Made by a program: the position numbers and the translations under genes. Below are positions 55,737 through 64,000 of a DNA stretch of 64,000 bases, one piece after another (the first letter of the stretch is position 1; each line of letters begins with the position of its first letter). The DNA lies in the NCBI RefSeq assembly GCF_009914755.1, contig NC_060928.1; one strand, given 5' to 3'. Source of the stretch: the human T2T-CHM13v2.0 reference genome, Homo sapiens. The notes under the pieces were generated by a model. The model made no database searches. It saw only the letters and a list, made by a program, of their open reading frames with translations, and was not told the origin of the DNA.

Positions 55737-57479
55737 TGCATTGCCTTTTAAAGCACTTTAGGAACCTGTATGATTGGCCAAGGGGACAAAGTACCGTAGG
55801 TACAACACAGTAAAACAGTCCTCAGAACTGGAGGAGCAAATCAATAACTTTCCTCCATTGACTCCCTGTATTCAGATCTCTTGGGCTAGCTCTGAAAGTC
55901 CTATATCTGCAGGGGATTATCACCAGTCTGCAACTCCGCGATTTTGCTTCCATTAAAAAAAATTAACTGAAATACCATACTGAAACAGTTTTCAATTATA
56001 TTTAGAAATGTACAGAGAAACATATGAAGAGCCACTTTTGGTAGATTTATTCCAATGGAAGCTTCATTGCAGGGTTTAATAATGTCTGAGGGAACTAAAC
56101 TGACAGCTGTGGAGGCAGAGTCTTGAGTGCGTCATTTCAGAAGGGAAGGAGAGCGCGAATCCAATTAAAAAAATGACAAAGCTGTCACCTCACCCAACTT
56201 ATTTTCATTATTAGTTGCCTTTTGCTTTTCTATTTTTGTAATGGAGAGGGCATAGAGACAATTCATATAACAAACATGTATCAATTTTCAGGGGATGATT
56301 TGTAAATTAAATTACTAAGGTTTATTTTGTCCTTCCCTACTTGCAACTATACATCATTTCCATTCTTAGTTTTTTTCTCCTGAATTTCATCTGCCCCCCA
56401 ACCCTTTTTTTCCTAGATGAATTAATTAGAGAAATGAATCTTTTTTTTTTCTTTTAGATAAATTGCAGTGAAAAGGGGAGGGAATGCAGCTGAATGCAGT
56501 TTAGGTTTCTGTTCCGTTCGGATTCAGCTGGCATGTTTTCCAATTCCGCTCTTGATAACAACAGTCCTGTAGAATTGGCTTTTTAAAAATAGTACACCCT
56601 GTGATAGAATCAGTAACATAAAGTAAACAAATTCAGTAAGATAAGGATACTCTTGTTTATGTTGCTTTATACCAGCGAATCAAGCAACAAATCGGTAAAT
56701 ATTTATTGGTTTGGCAATAATATGTCTAGTATGAAGGAAAGCATTTAGAGGAGAAAGTACAAGTAAGTTCTTGACAATTTTGTTGCCGAGAAGCCTCAAG
56801 TTACTGCGAAACAAATGAGTATGCAAAAAAGCAATAAATGAATTTTCTGAGCAATGTGAGAGAAATGTAGATCGAGTGGAGTCATCAAGACACATTTTTG
56901 AAGAGGTGGAAGAAGTAAGTCTTCAGCTGCTCAGTGAAACACAGGTGTTCAGTGCTGGAGCGGAGGAGAGGGAAAGCTTGCGATGTGACTCCCTGTTATT
57001 ATTAAGATAGCACCACCGGAAGTTACTTACTAAGAATATCACGTTTCTGGAAGATAACAAAGAGCCTGCAAAAAAACACAAAACAAAACAAACAAACAAA
57101 AACAACAACGTGGGGGGGCGGAGTGGTTTTTATAAAGGTAGATTTTATAAAGTACCTAGAATAAAGGAAGGACACACTTTGTCTCAAGAGAGTGCCTAAA
57201 GAGACCGGCCTCATTCAGAACTCATCTGTTCTTAAGTAACCAACGATTCAACAAGTTATTTAATCTGATTTACTATGATACAAATAAGTAGCAAATAAGA
57301 AGAGGAGAGCATAGCAAGATGTAGCCAGAGAGCAAACTGAAGGCAAGCTGTAAAGACAGAGGGAAAGGCTGTAGGAAAAAAAAAATCTACAAAATGGAAG
57401 ACAAGAATTCAAAAATAGTTATCTGACTCGATCCACGGAAAATGAGCATTCCATATGGTGATAGACTCTGAGGGACTAC

Positions 57480-57900
57480 TTAATATTACAATACAAATTC
57501 TTACATACAGTAATTGTGCAATACTCAGTAAGCTCATAATGATGATTATTTAGATTACATTTATATGACATTCTGGGAAAGAAAGAAACTTCAGGGCGAG
57601 GAAACAAGTAAGTGTGACCAGACAATGGGAGCAAGGGTAGGGATTGACGGAAAGTAGACATGAGGGTATATTTTGGAGGTGAGGAAAATGTTCAATGACA
57701 AGCATCTAATGAAAGTGGCAGATCGCAGATTTAAATTTAAACCTGCCTGATTTCAGGTTCACTGGCACACAACAGTAAATATCCTACATCTTGATTGTGT
57801 TGGCTACACAACTATAGTGGTTACACACTGCGTTTCAAAACTCATAAAACTGTACACTAAAATGGGTGAATTTTACTCAATATAAATTTCTTTAAAAAAA
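57480..57900 (+). mobile_element. Old L1 (L1ME-type) 3' end with a MIR-like interruption at ~57695-57775
   Basis: CATTTATATGACATTCTGG...TTTTGGAGGTGAGGAAAATGTTC...AAAACTCATAAAACTGTACACTAAAATGGGTGAATTTTAC. Confidence 0.7.
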
Positions 57901-58389
57901 TCCGTTCATCTTCTGCGATTATCTGGTTTTTCAATAATGGAGCATTAAATACGTCTGTTGATTGTGCATGACCAGTATACCACTGTTTTATCTTGGCTAT
58001 CCATGCACAAGGTGGTCTCCACAGCATTTCTCTATCATTCCCTATGCACAGCTTAGTAGACTGGCAGAATCTTACCATTATCTATTCTTAAGTTTCTTTC
58101 TCTGTTTGACCTAATCAGGAATTGACTGCATACAAAAATTATTCATATTCATAATACTTGGAGTTATAGAATCAAGATGTGTTCCTCTGTAGCATGATCA
58201 TAATGTTGTATTTTATCTAGATACATCTTCTTAGATCTGAATCTATTTTGTCTAGTAAAATATTGAAGAGCTAGAGATTAGAAATACATATATATGTATT
58301 GTTATAAAATTCTATATTCAATTACTATTCTAGATTCATAGGAAAATGAATATCTGAATTAAACTCCAGAGAGATACAAAATCCAAAAA

Positions 58390-58937
<548 letters not shown>

Positions 58938-59156
58938 TGATAGGAAATAAATAGTCTACCGTAAGGCAGACTGTAAAGAATATAATAACAGAGGAAACCT
59001 GTAGGAAAGGGGATATTCTTCCAGGAAGAAGCGGCTTGGGCTGGCACCATAGGATAGACAGAATTTTGACAGATTAATAGGAAAGGGCTTTCATCAGTAG
59101 AGCAAACAATCTCTTTCCTGCTGACACTTTCCAGCTAATGTCCAGTTGAGAAAAGC

Positions 59157-59282
59157 AACACTTGTAACGTGCTAACATGCATCGCCACCATTTTCTCTCA
59201 GCTCCACTCTGATAGTCTCACCCTGATATGTCAGGGCGGGGCTGAGAGAAAATGGTGGTGATGTTAGCATGTCACAAGTATT
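59157..59282. repeat. Long imperfect inverted repeat (fold-back), arms ~54-58 bp
   Basis: 59157-59214 is the near reverse complement of 59229-59282. A third partial arm lies at 59696-59724. Confidence 0.93.
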
Positions 59283-59295
59283 CAAGTTTTGCTAA

Positions 59296-59298
59296 TGT

Positions 59299-59378
<80 letters not shown>
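59296..59378. repeat. Compound (TG)14(AG)~27 microsatellite
   Basis: Read directly; one interruption in the AG tract. Confidence 0.98.
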
Positions 59379-59479
59379 AAGCCTGATTTGTGGACACTGT
59401 CTTCTGTGGGAAGAACAATGAAGCATGGTTGTAGCCACACATGCAACATTTGAAAAGCGAAAACCTCATCACCAGAGGC

Positions 59480-59635
59480 AACCCATACGACCCCTCTGGG
59501 CCTTACTTTCCTCATATGAGAAAGAAGTTCACTAACAATACAATCCACTCTGTCTACCTCTTGGGATTATTGTGAGGATCAAATTAATTTAAATGGATAT
59601 GAAATCAATTTTAAATTCTAGTGATGGCACATAGT
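59480..59635 (+). mobile_element. MIR
   Basis: CCTCTGGGCCTTACTTTCCTCATATGAGAAA...GGATTATTGTGAGGATCAAAT...TGGCACATAGT. Confidence 0.75.
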
Positions 59636-61329
59636 GGATCGAGTTAAGGAAAGATAAGCAAAATGTCTCCAAATCCTGGGAAAAGCAGCTTTAACTCAGA
59701 GTGGAGTTGAGAGAAAATGGTGGCAAGTGTAACATATGGTGGTGTGAGAAAGAACAGAGCAATAACATTTTCCACGTTTGTTCCTTTAATAAATTGAATT
59801 ACAACTACCAAGCCTGCAGAATTTTGACATGAAAGTATATGCTAATGTCATTACACCTGGGAAATACATTTTTACACAGAAAAGCTCTAAGTAATGGATA
59901 CACTCTCTTTCGAGATAAACATTTTATATCACTTAATGATTCATTGTATTTGGATGCTAAAATTGTTTTCATGTGTTTTCTGGCCAGTTTAACTTGAAAA
60001 CAGAAGTAGTTATTAATCTGTTCTAGGTGCCCCTTTTCTTTGGGGACTCTAAGTAGGCTCTTCTAATGTCATGGGGCCATTTGATCCAAGGCTACGCCAG
60101 GTAAGACCCCATATCCATTGCCTTCCCCTTACTCCCCACACATCCCCACATACTGATTATGCAAACTTGCTCCTACTGGGAAAAAAAAACCAAATTATGT
60201 CAACAAAAAAGACACTTGAAATATTGCTACTTTGTTCTAGACCTGGCAGGACCCAGAGGGAACATCCATACCTGGTAACAAAAAGAAAGACCACTGTTAC
60301 CTGGCCCTTCTCAAAACAGCAAACCAGTTAAGCCCTCAACTTGATGAAGTTTTTATCTCTGGAATTCTATTTATGTACATGCTTGGTACGCAAAAGCAAT
60401 GAGAGGGCCATTGCCTGTCATGACCACCAAAATTCCAGGCCTTTCATGAAACCAGCCCCTTTAAAAATAATCACGGACACTTATGGATTGAACACTTAAT
60501 TTTTAATATGAGATTCATCAATGAAAAATAATTCTAAATTTGTTATAATGAATATTGACTTCCTGTAACGTGTATGGTGGTATGCAGCATCCACATCTCA
60601 CATAGCTAATTTTCTCATGCTCATAAAATAACAAAAATCTTTTTCTCTCATGAAAAATGTTTCCCCAGAAGAATGCCAATTCTTCAAGCCATTGACAGGA
60701 ATGAGGAAAACATAAAGACATCTAAGAAAGTGGTGGCAGTTCTTAGTCAGAAAATAGAAGCTTGTATAAAGAGTGGAATGTGAAATTCTGCAACGTTTCA
60801 AACTTGTAACTGAACAAATCTACATATAAACCCTGTACAGAACTCTTCTAGTAAATCTGCCAACTAAGATATCTGTTAGTGACTTTATTAAGAACTTTAG
60901 TCTTATATTTATTGAAACAATAAAGTCATTTAAGTTTTAGTCTTACATTTTATTGTTTGTATGGGAAAGTTCTAGGTTCTAGTAGTGTTTAAATATTGGA
61001 GCATTTGTCAAATTTTGGTGACATGCATTTCAAGAAATCAAAGTTCTTCAGACTGCAGTGGAAAATCTGGCCCGTACCCAAGTTTCTTGTTACTGTCAGC
61101 AGGGACGAACAATCCCTGAACTATTCAAGATTTATTTACTTATGTCAATTTAATTTTAGTCAGCAACTCACCAAGGAGAATTCTATTTTATAAGAATCTC
61201 TCTGTTTCTATCTATACATCATTTCCCTTTGAGAGAACAGATAACAGATCTGCCCTTTCCACCATGTCATCACTGCATCTAGGCATTATAGGTAATTAGC
61301 AGGATGTAAATTGTAAGGTGGTGCTTCTT

Positions 61330-61620
61330 CCCCCAACCCCCTTGAAGATGGGATCTTGCTCTGTCACCTAGGCTAGAGTGCAGTAGCACAATCATAGGTT
61401 CATAGCTCACTGAGGCCTCAAGCTCCTGGGCTCAAGTGATCCTCACATATCAGCCTCCTGAGTAGCTGGGACTAAAGGTGCATGCCAGCACACCAGGCTA
61501 ATTAAAAATTTTTTTTCTGTAGAGAGTGTGTGTCACTATGAAACTCCTTGTCTCAAGCAATCCTTCTGGTGTGGCTTCCCAAAGTGTCAGCATTACAGGC
61601 ATAAGCCACTGCACCTGGCC
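61330..61620 (-). mobile_element. AluJ-type SINE with degenerate tail and internal deletion
   Basis: TSD GGTGGT(G/A)CTTCTT at 61317-61329 and 61623-61635. CACTATG|AAACTCC lacks TTGCCCAGGCTGGTCT. Confidence 0.88.
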
Positions 61621-64000
61621 TTGGTGGTACTTCTTACATCAAAGATCTAATGGTTTTGAACTGCACTGTGAAAAACTATTTGAGTGGTATCATTCTTTCA
61701 GCTTCCTTTCTCTGTCTTATTTCTCTGAGAAATTTATTTCTTCATTATCTATTATTAGTAATGCTGCTTAAATAAGAGTGACGTGTTTCCACAAACTGCA
61801 GTGCATGGCATGGAGTAAACTAAAAAAGTCATCCATTTAATACATATTTTCCAAGTTGCTTATTTGAAAAAGGTAAATTAAAATGTTTACATAGATATCC
61901 TTGTCATCATGGCTTAAGTAATGTCTTAAATCATTCAAGAAATATTTATTGAGGTCCTATCAATTTCCAGGAATTAAACTAGGTCTGGGGCGAATGAAGA
62001 CCAGGACAATCACCTTTTCCCTCATAAGCATGCCCCAAAAGACTAATGTAGCATAAAGAACATATGTAAAAGTGCCTATAATTTTGTTAGCACATAAATC
62101 TTCAATAAATGTTAGTGATTAAAGTAAAGGTATTCATATTGATTCCATACAATGTAAAAACTACATTTGTTTCATAAAAATATGAAAAATCTATGACTTA
62201 CGTAGCAATTAGTTGAGCATCACTAGTAGAGTGTTTGTAGCATTTAGAAGTCACTTTAAATCTCAACGTGGAAGTCTTGTTAATCTGATCTTGTCAGTGG
62301 CATCTGAATCACATTACACATCTAAATAAACTGATCTACAGGGACCTTACTCAAAATGGCAGGCAATGCTGATTTAAATTAGGTTTGAAGCCCACCACAG
62401 CAGCTTGAAACTTTTCCTGCTTACAGCTTAGTAAAGTGATATTCATTTCCAGAAAGGAAACTTCGACAGAAACATATAAGAAAAAGTAGTCTGTCATTTC
62501 TGAAATGTTACTGAAAAACCTCACCAAGTTTATCCCTTCATCTCCAAATGCTTCAAAATGTAAAATCTCGATATTTTAACCATAAGTCAATAGTGATATA
62601 GTAATAACCCTAATAGTTACTATTTGGTAAAGTAGAGAAATTGGAAATTCTCATCATAAATATACATTAAGGAAATAAAAACATATCCTAACATTTGCTA
62701 AATTTCAAGTTGTTTAATCTTTTATTAGTAAGAAAGAATATTGTCTTACTACTTTTGTTTTGTCTGAGATCAGATTGATGAAAAGTAATAAAATTCTTCT
62801 ACAGACACTGTATTGTTTCACGTCTTAGTCAAAACAGAAAGCAACTATATTTTTCAAGAAAGAATTCTTTTGATAAACACCTCTCTTTAGTGAAATAATA
62901 AACATTATAACAAATGAGATAAATGTTAAATTATCAATATAACTATTTCAGAAACTGTATTTGTTTTCTATCTTATACTATATGTCTTAAACACTAAAAT
63001 ATCTGACCCAAAATTTCCGTTTCCAAAATCAACATGACCGTGATAGCTCTTGAAACATTGTCGTGTCTGTAAGTCAGAAAAGAATATGTTAGGTGGAAAG
63101 TAACAAAAAGCAACCAAACAATTTAAAGATAACCTTTTAAAGCAAATATTTATGACTCTATAGACATAGCATATTGGTTAAAACAAAGTGGTAATGTATA
63201 TGGTACATTATTTTAAATTTGCTTCAATGCTGATACATTTTGCTTCCATATATTAATTTTTCACACAAAAGTATTTTTCCCTAGTGAAAAGTACTCGTTA
63301 GCAAGAAATGAATATGGTGTAACAATTTCTTTGAAATCCTGCAGTCAACTCTTTGCATATAACTTTCTGATAAAAAAAAATCCCACATACTTCATTTTCC
63401 CTAAAGAGCAGCATGAGATTTCCAATCCTTTGCTTGAACACATAAAATATTAAGAGCCAATTTTCAGCTGCACCTCTGTCACTTCCATTATCATTCTACA
63501 CGTCCAGAGGTGATAATGGACTCTGTAAATTGCAGTCTTTCTCCACCCCAGACCACGGAGGGTTTCACCAGGGGACAGTTCCACACAAAGGGTGGCCCAG
63601 ATGTATGTTAATGGCACTGAGAAGCGAACAGCAGACACTACCATACAAGATAATGTGACGTGTTATCCAGAGGAAAGATGAAATGAGCAGAAAACAATTT
63701 CCTTAGAAATTCTGTAAAATCAACAAGGACCCATTCTTCTCCACAAATCAAATAGGTAGCACTATCTTCACAGAACTTTGGAAACAAGATTAAAATACAT
63801 TCCTAATGCCTCATCTATGAAGGAATTGTTTGTTCAAGCCAACAGAGAATGAAGGCACATGAGCATTGAGGTTTAAAGAATTATAGGGGAGGCTTTTGTT
63901 TACCATTTGCTTTTTTCAGACATACAACACAGATCTACCAGCATTCATTATCTTCAAACATGAAGTGAAAGAAAGAGGGTAAGGTAAAAGAAAGTGCTTA

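Overview
This is primate (very likely human or great-ape) non-coding genomic DNA, AT-rich and CpG-depleted, with no supportable protein-coding gene, rRNA, tRNA or CRISPR array. The ORFs in the track are chance or repeat-derived; the only recognisable protein remnant is a dead Tigger1 transposase. The window is a mosaic of interspersed repeats: 11 Alus plus a FLAM monomer, four LTRs (THE1, MLT1E-like, MER50, truncated LTR27-like), Tigger1, Charlie1, MER91, MER5, MER44, L1/HAL1, L2 and MIR. It also holds microsatellites and repeat-free blocks that look like conserved regulatory elements. All four LTRs and most L1 pieces face +, which suggests (inference) an intron of a minus-strand gene. The best leads are: (1) a 39-nt frame-preserving minus-strand microexon candidate at 51357-51395; (2) a ~125-bp fold-back palindrome at 59157-59282 with a third arm copy at 59696, next to a (TG)n(AG)n tract; (3) an 80-bp copy of 9341-9420 placed exactly where an LTR is truncated (7821-7900); (4) two neighbouring AluYs sharing an identical variant tract; (5) an ETS/GC-box/TATA arrangement at ~57.0-57.15 kb. 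I see no convincing new multi-component biological system. Repeat family names come from recalled consensus sequences, not a database search, and the boundaries of old repeats are approximate.
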